Shown: positions 36,820-50,414, counted from the first letter of the stretch. The stretch: DNA of 59,943 nucleotides from Octopus bimaculoides (GCF_001194135.2 NC_068997.1:52428132-52488074); one strand, 5' to 3'. Made by a program: numbers and translations. The notes: generated from the letters alone by a model not told the origin.

Positions 36820-37581
36820 CACCACCATCGCCACCACCATCACGATCACAATCAACCGTCATTTTTTATCATCCTTGCGACCTCCAGGGCCAACACCACC
36901 ACCACCACCGCCACCGCAGCCAACAACAGCAACACCACCACTGCCAACGCCACCACAACTGTCCCCTTCACCACTACACCGCATCTACAGAAGCTAAATG
37001 TTGGCGTCAGCTGGACGCCACGCCTCCCTGACCATTACAAGCAATGATGACTCAATTTCAATAAACACATACGTACATATATATATATATATATATATAT
37101 CATTACCCCGCTATTTCTTTATTCATTGGTTGTTTATTTTCCCTTCTTTTCCGCCATTGAAATCCCATCAAACGTTTCTTCTTCCTTAACTTATTAAACA
37201 CTCAATCTCTTCTCCGGCAGCCATTTTCCTTTCTGTCTGTCTCTCTTCCTTTTTCATCGCCGTCGTTATTGAAGTTATTACTGTTGTTGTTGTTGTTGTT
37301 GATGATGATGCTGTTGTTGATGTACTTGCTGTTCTTGTTGTTCTTGTTGATGTTGTTGTTCTTGTTGTTGATAGATAAGCAGAATCGTTAAAAGCGTCGG
37401 AGAAAATCTTTTGCGTTATCAGTTCAAATCCTGTTGACATCTGCTATGACTTTCATCCTTTCAGGGTCGATTAAAACAAAGTGCCAGTCTCTTCAGCACC
37501 AGATACCAAGGGAGGCAACTCTCAACTGCCTGGGAAACAACACATCCTTTATCGTTGATCAGTCAATATCGTTTAGTACTA

Positions 37582-37781
37582 AGACGGCGAGCTGGCAGAG
37601 TGGTTAGCACGCCGAGTAAAAAATGCTGAGCGGCATTTCGTCCGACTTTACGTTCTGAGTTCAAATTCCGCCGAGGTCGACTTTAACTTTCATCCTTTCG
37701 GGTCGATAAATTAAGTACCAGTTACGCACTGGGGTCGATGTAATAGACTTAGTCCGTTTGTCTGTCCTTGTTTGTCCCCTC
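37582..37781 (+). mobile_element. SINE family B
   Basis: Head and core intact. Confidence 0.88.
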
Positions 37782-37839
37782 AGAGGAACAGGAAGGAAAA
37801 CAATCCCAAATCACCAGAACGATTACAATTTTGGAATCG

Positions 37840-38065
37840 GAGGGCGACGTGGTGGCACAGTTGTCAAGCATGCCTGGCAAAATGTCTAGCAGTATTTAAT
37901 CTGTCTTTACGTTCTGAGTTCAAATTCCGCCGAGGTCGATTCTGCCTTTCATCCTTTCGGGGTCGCTAAAATATATACCGGGGTTGAGTACTGGGCTTGA
38001 TGTAATCGACTACACCCCCCCCCGCACCCGCTCCTACGATCTTGCTGGCCTTGAAATCAATATTT
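37840..38065 (+). mobile_element. SINE family B, diverged
   Basis: gttctgagttcaaattccgccgaggtcga...ctttcatcctttcggggtcg. Confidence 0.8.
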
Positions 38066-38257
38066 AGAAATTAGCCAAAAGCAATTCCTATACAGAGAAG
38101 AACCAACCAGCTTTAATGTAATATTAAAAAAAAAAAAAAATAAATAAATGAATAAACGCTTCAAATACTGAGAACATCAATGGCGGAAACTCAGCGAGAA
38201 AGAAACCCATATTTTTTGTGTGTGTGTATGTGTGTATGTGTGTATGTTCATATATGC

Positions 38258-38449
38258 TGTGTTTGTCCCCCAACATCGCTTGACAACCGATGCTGGTGTG
38301 TTTACGTCCCCGTAAATTAGCGGTTCGGCAAAAAAGATCGATAGAATAAGTACTAGGCTTACAAAGAATAAGTCCTGGAGTCGATTTCTTCGACTAAAGG
38401 CGGTGCTCCAGCATGGCCGCAGTCAAATGACTGACACAAGTAAAAGAGT
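38258..38449 (+). mobile_element. SINE family A, 3' half
   Basis: Family-A tail with the cagtc-aaat-gactg stem-loop at 38420-38433. Confidence 0.88.
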
Positions 38450-38709
38450 ATATACATGCACACATATAAATAGATATATATACGCACATACAGACACACA
38501 AATATAGTCACGCTCGCGCACACACACACATATATATATATATATATGTGTGCATGTATGTATACACTTTTGTAATTATGTATGAATACGTGATTCTATG
38601 CGGGTATGTGTCTATGTATGTAAGCAGAAAATAAATCCGACCAAAATATACACGCCAACAAAAACTATGTAAATAGGTGCTAAGAGAATTTCAACGTACC
38701 TCAGTACAT

Positions 38710-38740
<31 letters not shown>

Positions 38741-39721
38741 ACATGTGCGCGCATACGCACACGCAGAAGGGCCCCCCCTTCCCGCCTCCCCCGCAATGTC
38801 ACCCCGTCCCCCTGTCGTCGTACACTTGTCGCAAGCTTCCAATTAATCTATCAGTAAGGTCCAGACTGCGTNNNNNNNNNNNNNNNNNNNNNNNNNNNNN
38901 NNNNNNNNNNNNNNNNNNNNNNNNNNNNNNNNNNNNNNNNNNNNNNNNNNNNNNNNNNNNNNNNNNNNNNNNNNNNNNNNNNNNNNNNNNNNNNNNNNNN
39001 NNNNNNNNNNNNNNNNNNNNNNNNNNNNNNNNNNNNNNNNNNNNNNNNNNNNNNNNNNNNNNNNNNNNNNNNNNNNNNNNNNNNNNNNNNNNNNNNNNNN
39101 NNNNNNNNNNNNNNNNNNNNNNNNNNNNNNNNNNNNNNNNNNNNNNNNNNNNNNNNNNNNNNNNNNNNNNNNNNNNNNNNNNNNNNNNNNNNNNNNNNNN
39201 NNNNNNNNNNNNNNNNNNNNNNNNNNNNNNNNNNNNNNNNNNNNNNNNNNNNNNNNNNNNNNNNNNNNNNNNNNNNNNNNNNNNNNNNNNNNNNNNNNNN
39301 NNNNNNNNNNNNNNNNNNNNNNNNNNNNNNNNNNNNNNNNNNNNNNNNNNNNNNNNNNNNNNNNNNNNNNNNNNNNNNNNNNNNNNNNNNNNNNNNNNNN
39401 NNNNNNNNNNNNNNNNNNNNNNNNNNNNNNNNNNNNNNNNNNNNNNNNNNNNNNNNNNNNNNNNNNNNNNNNNNNNNNNNNNNNNNNNNNNNNNNNNNNN
39501 NNNNNNNNNNNNNNNNNNNNNNNNNNNNNNNNNNNNNNNNNNNNNNNNNNNNNNNNNNNNNNNNNNNNNNNNNNNNNNNNNNNNNNNNNNNNNNNNNNNN
39601 NNNNNNNNNNNNNNNNNNNNNNNNNNNNNNNNNNNNNNNNNNNNNNNNNNNNNNNNNNNNNNNNNNNNNNNNNNNNNNNNNNNNNNNNNNNNNNNNNNNN
39701 NTATATATATATAAATATATA

Positions 39722-39890
39722 TATATACGACAGACTTCTTTCAGTTTCCGTCTACCAAATCCACTCACAAGGCTTTGGTCAGCCTGAGGCTATAGTAGAA
39801 GACACTTGCCCAAGGTGCCACGCAGTGGGAATGAACCCGGAACCATGTGGTTGGTAAGCAAGCTACTTACCACACAGCCACTCCTGCGGC
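39722..39890 (-). mobile_element. SINE family A, 5' half
   Basis: Reverse complement of the head through gaaactgaaagaag. Confidence 0.85.
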
Positions 39891-39904
39891 TATGTATATA
39901 CATA

Positions 39905-40125
39905 TATTCTTTTATTCTTCTATTCTTTTACTCGTTTCAGTCATTTGACTGCAGCCATGCTGGAGCACCGCCTTCAAGGGTTTTAGTCGAACAAATCGAC
40001 CTCCAGGACTTATTCTTTGTAAGTCTAGTACTTATTCTATCCGTCCCTTTTGCCGAACCGCTAAATTACGGGGACGTAAACATATCAGCATCGGTTGTCA
40101 AGCAATGGCGGGGTGACAAGCACAG
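39905..40125 (-). mobile_element. SINE family A, 3' half
   Basis: Reverse complement of the tail. Confidence 0.85.
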
Positions 40126-40818
40126 ACATAGCCACGCATACATGCATACACACCAATCCACACAAAGACAAACATGTATACAGATAGAAACACACACTTG
40201 TTTATACTCAAACGCACACATATACACATGTACGCAGTATTACACATAAATACACAGAAAGACGAATGAAAATAGAAATTTAAATCAGACTTCTCGTCTG
40301 CTCCCACTTTAGATGAAACTTTGACAAGAAATCCGATCCTTATTTTGAGCAAATCAACCTGACTGATGGACACTATCTCCGCCCCTGCCCATATTTGCTT
40401 TTATGCTTTTGTCATCATTTGATGGAGCTTATCCGATAACAAGCTTTGATATGCATACATACGTATGTTTGTGTGTATGTACGTGTGTGTATGTGTTGAT
40501 CTTTTATTTGTTTCACTCATTGGACTGCGGCCATGCTGGTGCACCGGCTTCATGGGTTTTAGTCAACCGAATTTGATCCCAGTATTTATTTTTTGAAACC
40601 GAGTACTTACTCTTTCGGACTCATTTGCTGAAGCAAACTTACAGGAACATGAACAAGGTAGCAAAGACAATTACAAACGCAAAGACGCACACACACACAC
40701 ATACACACATACACACACACACACACTCACACACACACACACACATACACACACACACTCTCTCTCTCACACACACACATACACACAAATATATTCATCT
40801 CTCTCAACCCTCCTTTCT

Positions 40819-40852
<34 letters not shown>

Positions 40853-41019
40853 CTCTCTGTCGTCTAAACAGAACAGTAGGTAGACACGTGGAATGGAGAG
40901 TCGTTGAAGAGGTTACAGGATGTGTGACGAAAGATTTCAGACAAAGGACGATAAAAAATAAAAACACTAATAAAGCTGAAGTGAAGAACAAGTGAGGAGT
41001 TTAATTGGCAAGAAATATA

Positions 41020-41493
41020 ACAATGGGCAAGTGTCTTCTACTATAGACACGGGCCGACCAAAGCCTTGCGAAAGGATTTGGTAGAAGGAAACTGAAAGAA
41101 GCCCGTCGTATATATATTCTTTTATTCTTTTGCTTGTTTCAGTCATTTGACTGTGGCCATGCTGGAGCACCGCCTTTAGTCGAACAAATTGACCCCAGGA
41201 CTTATTCAATCGGATTCTTTTGCTGAATCACTAAGTTACGTGGATATAGACACACCAACATCGGTTGTCAAGCGATGGTGGGGAGACAAACACTGACACA
41301 CAAATACAAACATACACGCATTACAACCTATGTTGGTGTGTTTACATCCCCGTAACTTAACGATTCGGTAAAAGAATCTATAGAACAAGTACTAGGTTTA
41401 CAAAGAATAAGTGCTGGAGTCGATTTCTTCGACTAAAGGCAGTGCTCCAGCATGGCTGCAATCAAATGACTGAAACAAGTAGAAGAATAAAAG
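41020..41493. mobile_element. SINE-A cluster: 5' part (+, 41020-41110), 3' half (-, 41115-41293), 3' half (+, 41330-41493)
   Basis: Direct comparison with full-length copies. Confidence 0.82.
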
Positions 41494-41513
41494 TGTATAT
41501 ATATATATATATA

Positions 41514-41547
<34 letters not shown>

Positions 41548-41548
<1 letters not shown>

Positions 41549-41806
41549 TGTATAAAAGATCGTGGGTAAGGCTAAAACGAATATGTGAAGTAATGTAGAT
41601 TTACCTTGTATTCAATATTTCGGGGTAATGACCCATTTTCAAGAAATTGACGAATGTTGCACATCAGCAACATTCGTTTATTTTCTTGAAAATGGGGTTA
41701 TAAGCCCAAAATATTGAATACAAGGTAAGTCTACATTAATTTATATATTTGTTTTCTTGTGATTTACTTCGCATTGTTTTGGCCTTAACCACGATCTTTT
41801 ATACAA
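41548..41806. mobile_element. Palindromic (fold-back) MITE-like element in TA context
   Basis: ttgtataaaagatcgtgg / ccacgatcttttatacaa termini; pairing continues to a 6-nt centre at 41661-41666. Confidence 0.85.
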
Positions 41807-43295
41807 TATATTCTATACAATGCTTCACAATAATTATTCCATTATATATCATTATATAGTTGAAATCTACAGAAAAACAAAAGACGAAGACAGGTATATA
41901 AATATATATGCACACACACACACATACATATATTCGTTCCCCTAAAATTCTTCAAGGCGATCCCCCAGCATGGCCGCAGTCAAACGACTGAAACGAATAA
42001 AGGACACACGATTGATTTCCGGATAATTTCCGCTTACCAAAATTCCGCTGTGAGGTACAGGATATATTTGTGAGCAGCAGATACGAATCCTAACACTACA
42101 GCTCCAGGAACCCTACACACACGTCCGCATATACACACAAATACACACCCACAGAGCTCTCCCTATATGTACTCTGGTTGGTCAGATCCTATTCAGTGAG
42201 ATCAAAGAGATTTTGTCCCCACCCTTTCCCCTTGTATCGACTGCAGTGGGCGGATAAAAGAAGGAGTAAAAACAAAACAAAACAATAGAAGAGTTGGTCA
42301 GTCGTTCAGTATGGGTCAAGAAGGGGTGAGGTGAGGGAGTGGAAGGCCTGGACCAACTGCTGTTCGGACGGCGACGCCAAACTCATCTGGGAACGTCTAC
42401 AGAATTTATAACATGATGATAAATGACTTGGTCACTCTCTGGCCTCTGTCGCTTCATCGCTGACTTTAACTAACATGGACGCAAACACACACGCACANNN
42501 NNNNNNNNNNNNNNNNNNNNNNNNNNNNNNNNNNNNNNNNNNNNNNNNNNNNNNNNNNNNNNNNNNNNNNNNNNNNNNNNNNNNNNNNNNNNNNNNNNNN
42601 NNNNNNNNNNNNNNNNNNNNNNNNNNNNNNNNNNNNNNNNNNNNNNNNNNNNNNNNNNNNNNNNNNNNNNNNNNNNNNNNNNNNNNNNNNNNNNNNNNNN
42701 NNNNNNNNNNNNNNNNNNNNNNNNNNNNNNNNNNNNNNNNNNNNNNNNNNNNNNNNNNNNNNNNNNNNNNNNNNNNNNNNNNNNNNNNNNNNNNNNNNNN
42801 NNNNNNNNNNNNNNNNNNNNNNNNNNNNNNNNNNNNNNNNNNNNNNNNNNNNNNNNNNNNNNNNNNNNNNNNNNNNNNNNNNNNNNNNNNNNNNNNNNNN
42901 NNNNNNNNNNNNNNNNNNNNNNNNNNNNNNNNNNNNNNNNNNNNNNNNNNNNNNNNNNNNNNNNNNNNNNNNNNNNNNNNNNNNNNNNNNNNNNNNNNNN
43001 NNNNNNNNNNNNNNNNNNNNNNNNNNNNNNNNNNNNNNNNNNNNNNNNNNNNNNNNNNNNNNNNNNNNNNNNNNNNNNNNNNNNNNNNNNNNNNNNNNNN
43101 NNNNNNNNNNNNNNNNNNNNNNNNNNNNNNNNNNNNNNNNNNNNNNNNNNNNNNNNNNNNNNNNNNNNNNNNNNNNNNNNNNNNNNNNNNNNNNNNNNNN
43201 NNNNNNNNNNNNNNNNNNNNNNNNNNNNNATATATATATGTATATTTATATATATAAATATACATATATATATGTATATATATTTGTATATATAT

Positions 43296-43811
43296 AATGC
43301 TATGCAGAGACCATCCACTGTTATTGACTATCTATATATTTATCTCCGCACGCGGGACGACCGACGCTGGTGCGTTTGCGTGCCCGTAACGTAGCGGTTC
43401 GTCCTGGAGATCGATTTGCTCCGCTAAAAGCGGTGCTCCAGCATGGCCGCAGTCAAATGACTGAAACAAGTAAAAGAATAAAAGAATAAAAAACTGATGC
43501 TTCGCATGTGTATGTATGAATATATGCATAAACATGTGTGTGCGTACACATACACACACACATTTATATACATACACACACACACATATTTATGCATCTG
43601 TATGTGCATATACTCATACATATATTGGTGCGTACATATGTTCATGTATATATGACTATACGTATATGTGCACACACATATGGAATGATAGATATATACA
43701 CAAACACTCGCATATACACGTATGTATATTTATGCAGGTACGTGCTTTTGGGCGCGTGCGGAGATAAATATATAGATAGTCAATAACAGTGGATGGTCTC
43801 TGCATAGCATT
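43296..43811. repeat. Perfect 59-bp inverted repeat (43296-43354 / 43753-43811) enclosing a SINE-A tail and microsatellite
   Basis: 59/59 identity by manual reverse complement. Confidence 0.92.
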
Positions 43812-44356
43812 CTACGAGGATTTTACTCGAATCTCATTTAACTATGATGAATATATATACATATATAATATATAATACAATATAATACAATATATTTTAT
43901 ATATATATATATATATTAAATATATTATGTATATATTTACATATATACATATNNNNNNNNNNNNNNNNNNNNNNNNNNNNNNNNNNNNNNNNNNNNNNNN
44001 NNNNNNNNNNNNNNNNNNNNNNNNNNNNNNNNNNNNNNNNNNNNNNNNNNNNNNNNNNNNNNNNNNNNNNNNNNNNNNNNNNNNNNNNNNNNNNNNNNNN
44101 NNNNNNNNNNNNNNNNNNNNNNNNNNNNNNNNNNNNNNNNNNNNNNNNNNNNNNNNNNNNNNNNNNNNNNNNNNNNNNNNNNNNNNNNNNNNNNNNNNNN
44201 NNNNNNNNNNNNNNNNNNNNNNNNNNNNNNNNNNNNNNNNNNNNNNNNNNNNNNNNNNNNNNNNNNNNNNNNNNNNNNNNNNNNNNNNNNNNNNNNNNNN
44301 NNNNNNNNNNNNNNNNNNNNNNNNNNNNNNNNNNNNNNNNNNNNNNNNNNNNNNNN

Positions 44357-44411
<55 letters not shown>

Positions 44412-45157
44412 CCTTCATATAAAATACGTGATCACATAAACACACGTATATATATACGCACACATGCACAAAACACATTCACACACGCACAAACGCATGC
44501 ACATGTGTGTACGTAGAGTGCGAGAGACAGAAGAGTGAAAATATATAAAAATATATTCTAAAATAAAATGTAAAAAAAAAATATATTATAAACTAAAATA
44601 GAAATAAAATATTAATAAACCAAAGACAAAATAAACAAACAAATAAAGGTGCAACCACAGAGAGTCTCACAGATGCAGTCACATGACCAAATTTTACACA
44701 TTATTAGGCAACGAAAAGTTGTTTATTGTTTCCTGAACGGGACAAACAGCATTTAGTGCAAGATATTGTTAACCCAACCGTAAGGCATTTGCCGACATCA
44801 ACCTAACCTTTGTCTCTGCTCTACATTGATAAATAGCAAACACACGTTTCTGAGATACAATCTGCCTGTTTTAGCTTTCATTGTCTCCCTTGGCATCACA
44901 GTGTTCTCGCTGCTGTCGTCATCGTCGTCGTCGTCGTCGTCGTCTCCGTAGTTGTCATCGTCGTCGTCGTCGTCGTGTGAATCTATTGTGTCTGTGTGAC
45001 TGTGTATGCATATGTGTGTGTGTTTGTGTGTGTGTGTGTGTCTGTATTATGAGTGTATGTGAGTGCGTATACGACAAGTGCAGCTCTGTGTGCGCCTGTT
45101 TGTGTGTTTCTCAGTGTTGTGTATGTGCGTTTAGATATCTGTGTATATATTTGTGTG

Positions 45158-45198
<41 letters not shown>

Positions 45199-46194
45199 TT
45201 GTGCATCTGTGTTTGTATATGTGTGCACATATATGTATATGTTTGTATATATTTATTTGTGTATGCAATATATGTGTGTGTCTATATGTATAGATAATGT
45301 ATCTGAATGTGTATGTGTATAGGTGTGTATGTATACACACATACACACACACACACGCACACACATATATGCACATATACTTGTGTGTGTATGTGTGTGT
45401 GTTAATAAAAGACTTAAGTTAGGATTTGGGGATAAAAAAAATGATAGGAATGAAAATAGGGGGGTGAGCCCGAATTTAGTTGTGGGGTTGGGGAGAGGGT
45501 TTATTGAGAATGGGGTAGAAGATATGGCGGGTGATAGGGTGAGGAGAAAAAGATTAGGGTGATAAAGTGGGAGGAGAAGGGTACTAGAAGGTGAGAAAGA
45601 GAGAGAGAGAGACAGAGACAGTGTGAAGGAGATGGAGAGAGAGAGAGAGAGAGGGAGAGAGAGAGAGAGAGAGAGAAAATCAAGAAAGACAGAAAGAGCA
45701 TGGTATAATAGAGAAAGTAACACTATAGAGAAGGTAGCATATGGGGATAGTAGGAGAGAAAGAGAGAGAGAGAGAGAATGAAAGAGAGTAAGGCACAGGG
45801 AGAGTAAAAGACAGAGTAAGAGAGACCTATCAAGAGATAGAGAGTGAGAGAGAGAGAGTGAGAGAGAGAGAGAAAGAGAAAAGGAAAGAGTAAGAGAAAT
45901 AGAGAGTAAGCGACAGAGTAAAAGAGAGTCAACTATGAGATAGAAGTAGTAGTGGAGGTTGTAGTTGAGGTTGTTGATGGTGGTGGTGGTGTTTAGCCCT
46001 TGGTCAGCGTTGATGAAAACCTGTGATCAAGAGACCTTCTATCCGAGACCCCTGTGTCATTTTGTTTCCCTTTCGTTTGGTGTATTTTGCATCATCATAT
46101 CCCCTATAAGATATAAGGAACAATTAGAAGATTAGGCTGCTTCATCTAGCAGTTTGATCCTCCGCATAGAAGTCCCCTCAATGGTCCACGATGC

Positions 46195-46360
<166 letters not shown>

Positions 46361-46790
46361 AGCAGGAGCAGCATCAGTAGTATTGAATTATCCCCGAGCG
46401 ACCTATGATCAAACATGCTCCAACCACGACCATCACGTCTTATTTTTAACCAACGGATTATCCCACACAATTTTTCTTTTTCGTTTTTTTTTTTGCATTC
46501 CCTATTGTTTGTTTTTTTTCTTGCTGGTAGTGTTTGATTTGAGGGAAACTTGACTGCTGTTTCTGTCAGATTACAGCAGCGATGCTATCACCAAAGTGCG
46601 GCAGTTTTAGAAAGCATGTTTTATCGACGGAGGTGTGAAAGTGTGAATGTTGTTTCAGGGCCTTTAATTCCAGGCTGGTGTCTAAAACACGCAGCTGTCG
46701 CACTTTGCGCATCTCCTGAGGAAAATGGAACAAGTCTGTTTAAAGACAGAAAGAAAAGCTCATCACACGACAACGACACTAACCAAATAT

Positions 46791-47009
46791 CCTTATCTAC
46801 TCTAGGCACAAGGCCCGAAATTTTGGGGGAGGGGGTTGCCAGTCGATGAGATCGACCCAGTATGCAACTGGTACTTAATTTATCGACCCCGAAAGAATGA
46901 AAGGCAAAGTCGACCTCGGCGGAATTTGAACTCAGAACGTAAAGACAGACGAAATGCCGCTAAGCATTTCGCCCGGCGTGCTAACGTTTCTGCCAGCTCG
47001 CCGCTTTCA
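46791..47009 (-). mobile_element. SINE family B with a 16-bp TSD (1 mismatch)
   Basis: gacactaaccaaatat 46775-46790 and gacactgaccaaatat 47010-47025. Confidence 0.92.
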
Positions 47010-47199
47010 GACACTGACCAAATATTCTCTCAACGATGTAGACGTGTGTTTATAGTGTGTTGTACTGCGTAACATGAATCAGGTCTGGTGAGGCTTTATA
47101 TCGGCAACAGTATTTACAAGCGGTCGGTACATTCTCGTCAAACAGTGCATTAATACAAATGCTTTTACTTTCAGAAGTCATCTGAAGAGATGTCTCAAC

Positions 47200-47571
47200 T
47201 AGGATGTCATGATCAGTATCAAAAGCCAGAGAAGGGACTACAAGAAACTTGTCGAATAAAGAAGCTTTTCTCGTTAGTATATTTATTGACGTCCGGAACT
47301 AGACATGTGACTCTTGTAGTGAAGAATCGCGAGACAGATTCTTCAAGCCGAGTCAATCGGCAGGAGCCCATAGGGTAGACCAAGGGGCAGACCAAGAATG
47401 AGATGGTTGGGTAATATCCAGAGTCTCAATTGGTCATGCTTGGAAATCCAAATCAAAAGTGAAGTGACAATTGCTTTTGATAGGACTCTTTGGATGAAAA
47501 GCCTCAAAGACTCTACTCCGACGACTTTCTCAGAAATAATGGGCAGACAAAATGGATGGAAGGGTATTTAA
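47200..47571 (+). mobile_element. Decayed RTE-X-like LINE 3' end
   Basis: RIARQILQAESIGRSP*GRPRGRPRMRWLGNIQSLNWSCLEI resembles the RTE/RTE-X RT C-terminus. Confidence 0.75.
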
Positions 47572-47917
47572 CATTGCCAGCAGCAACAGGCAAGAGTTGT
47601 TCGATACAAATTGATTAGTGTAATACTCAAAATATTACATATTAAAACATCTTCATTTCATATAAACGTGAAGGTCGGAGCTGAAATAGTTTCTATTTTC
47701 TCTTGAGAAATACTTTTTAAAGCCAAAATATCGAAATAAAGGTTAGAACTACAGACTTTGTTATTCTTTGTCATTTGTTTTTTTACTTTTTTATGCCTTT
47801 CCTTACATTGTACAGACTTTCAAAAACACTTTTAATTAACACTCCGACTTGGATCAATCAAAGGACACCACAGATCCAGGATTACAGTGACACCAAAAGC
47901 ACAAGCCCTCCTATATT

Positions 47918-47982
<65 letters not shown>

Positions 47983-48046
47983 TAACCTCGTGGACATCGG
48001 TGGCGATTTTTTCTTCCTCCGTTTTTCCCTTCTTTGGACTTTCCTT

Positions 48047-48081
48047 GTTTCCGACGAAGAGCTCGGCTCAAAACGTCATAT
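48047..48081 (+). ncRNA. Degenerate minimal type I hammerhead motif (U4C, G12A)
   Basis: GTTT-CCGACGA-A-GAGC-TCG-GCTC-AAAA-CGT-C; flanks homologous to the 10230-10395 element. Confidence 0.6.
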
Positions 48082-48251
48082 TCTCTCTCTTTCCTTTCCC
48101 GAGCTGCTAGTAACACAATCTGTATCACGTCCTCACGTTGTTGTTTTTTGTTGTTGTTTTTTTGTCTTTTCCTTTTTTGGCCATGATTAATCGTTGGCCA
48201 AACACCATTCAATTTTTTTTTCTCCGTGTTTTTCTCTTTGTTTTCTCCGTA

Positions 48252-48290
48252 TTCCTTCTGTTGAAGAGCGTAGCTCGAAACGTTAAAGAC
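48252..48290 (+). ncRNA. Degenerate minimal type I hammerhead motif (A6U)
   Basis: CTGTTGA-A-GAGC-GTA-GCTC-GAAA-CGT-T-AAAGA. Confidence 0.6.
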
Positions 48291-48379
48291 TTTCTGTATT
48301 CCCGAGCGTCAAACTAATACATCCTTTTGTTGTTTACACCACCTGTCCTCGTCTGTTGTTGTTTTTTTCGTACATTCTC

Positions 48380-48426
<47 letters not shown>

Positions 48427-48730
48427 TAAATACATACATATATATAAGGTTCGCATAGATTTCGCGAGCATACATACAAGCACGCGCGCACACACACACT
48501 ACGTAAATATAGACAATACGAAAGATTTACAGAATAATGACGACGATGATGAAGATGGTTTGTGCGCATGTCTACATGCATTCTGTACGATGGTGTATAT
48601 TTATATATCTGTGTAATATATCCACACACGCACACGCACATGCAGGTATGTGTGTGAGTGTGTATGCAGGTATGTATGCATATATGCGTGTGTGTGTGTA
48701 TATATATATATATTTATTTATTATACCTCT

Positions 48731-48773
<43 letters not shown>

Positions 48774-48786
48774 NNNNNNNNNNNNN

Positions 48787-48840
<54 letters not shown>

Positions 48841-49323
48841 GTATTTATGCATATATATATATATATATATATATATGCATGTATGTATGAATGCATGTAT
48901 GTATATGTATGCTTGTATGTATGTATGCATATCTGTATATATATGTATGTATGTATATTTACATATATGTATGTGTGTATGTATGTACGTATGTATGCAT
49001 ATCTGTATATATATATATGTATGTATGTATGTATACCTAACAAGCAGTAGAGTTTTGTTTGCGTGTGGCTGAGTACAAATCTATACATTAGTGTATGTAT
49101 ATATATATCCCTGTGCATGGTGCTCGCACGCGTGCGTGCGTGCGTGTGTGTGTGCGTGCGTGTGTGAGTGCGTGTGCGTGTGTGTGTGCGTGTGTGTGTG
49201 TGTGTGTGCGTGTGTGAGTGTGTGATCTCCGACCTCCAACGCCGCCTCCTCTCTCCTATCGGTGTCTGTTCAGCAACGATAAAGATTTATCACGCCCCTC
49301 AAAAATTTAAAATATGATGAGCC

Positions 49324-49360
49324 GGGACGGTGGGGGGCGGGAGCGGGAGCGGGCGGGCGG
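49324..49360 (+). promoter_or_regulatory. GC-box / G-quadruplex-capable tract
   Basis: GGG runs at 49324, 49332, 49339, 49345, 49351, 49355. Confidence 0.45.
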
Positions 49361-49410
49361 AAGGTCGATGATATCGATGATGAGTAGGGGGCACGGTGTG
49401 GAGGTAATCG

Positions 49411-49443
<33 letters not shown>

Positions 49444-49837
49444 CCACTCCTCCATCATCATTATCATCATCATCATCAGCATTGTCGTGTCGACGTTTGA
49501 TGATGATGATGATGATGATGATAATGATGATGATGGTGGTGGTGGTGGTGGTGGTGGTGGTGGTGGTGGTGGTGTGGCGGCGGTAATAGTTAGGATGCTG
49601 ATGATGACGACGACGATGATGACAACGATGATGACGATGATNNNNNNNNNNNNNNNNNNNNNNNNNNNNNNNNNNNNNNNNNNNNNNNNNNNNNNNNNNN
49701 NNNNNNNNNNNNNNNNNNNNNNNNNNNNNNNNNNNNNNNNNNNNNNNNNNNNNNNNNAGAAGAAGAAGAAGAAGAAGAAGAAGAAGAAGAAGAAGAAGAA
49801 GAAGAAGAAGAAGAAGAAGAAGAAGAAGAAGAAGAAG

Positions 49838-49877
<40 letters not shown>

Positions 49878-50354
49878 GCAGCAACAACAGCAACAACACT
49901 AAACAGCAAGAAGTAATATTCTGTTTGAAGAAAATATCCGACAAATGTTGAAAAGTGATAAAAAAAATTATGCAGTTGTTATTTTTGTTTGATTTTTGTT
50001 TATTGATACACCAACAACAACAACATCACCATCATCACCACCACCACCACTACCATCGCCACCTTCATCACTACCACCACCATCATTGTCATCACTTTCA
50101 TTATCACCACCATCACCATCGCCTCTACACCACGAACTATCACCACTACTACTATCATGACAAGCAGACCCCTTCTTCCTCCTCTTCCTTCTCCTCCTCC
50201 CTCTGCCTCCTGCTCCTCCCCCCGCCAAATGCCCCACACTCCCACCCCTAATTCACCCCTCAATATCTCACCTCCCTGTGGTTTGAACCACTTCAAATTG
50301 TCAAAGTTCCGCTTCAACAACAAAATACTCTCAAGTGGCGGTTTTTTGCTGTTA

Positions 50355-50414
<60 letters not shown>

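Noticed and set aside
46550-46849. 99-aa ORF in unique sequence as an exon
   Set aside because: No recognisable homology, and it runs into a SINE; could still be regulatory DNA
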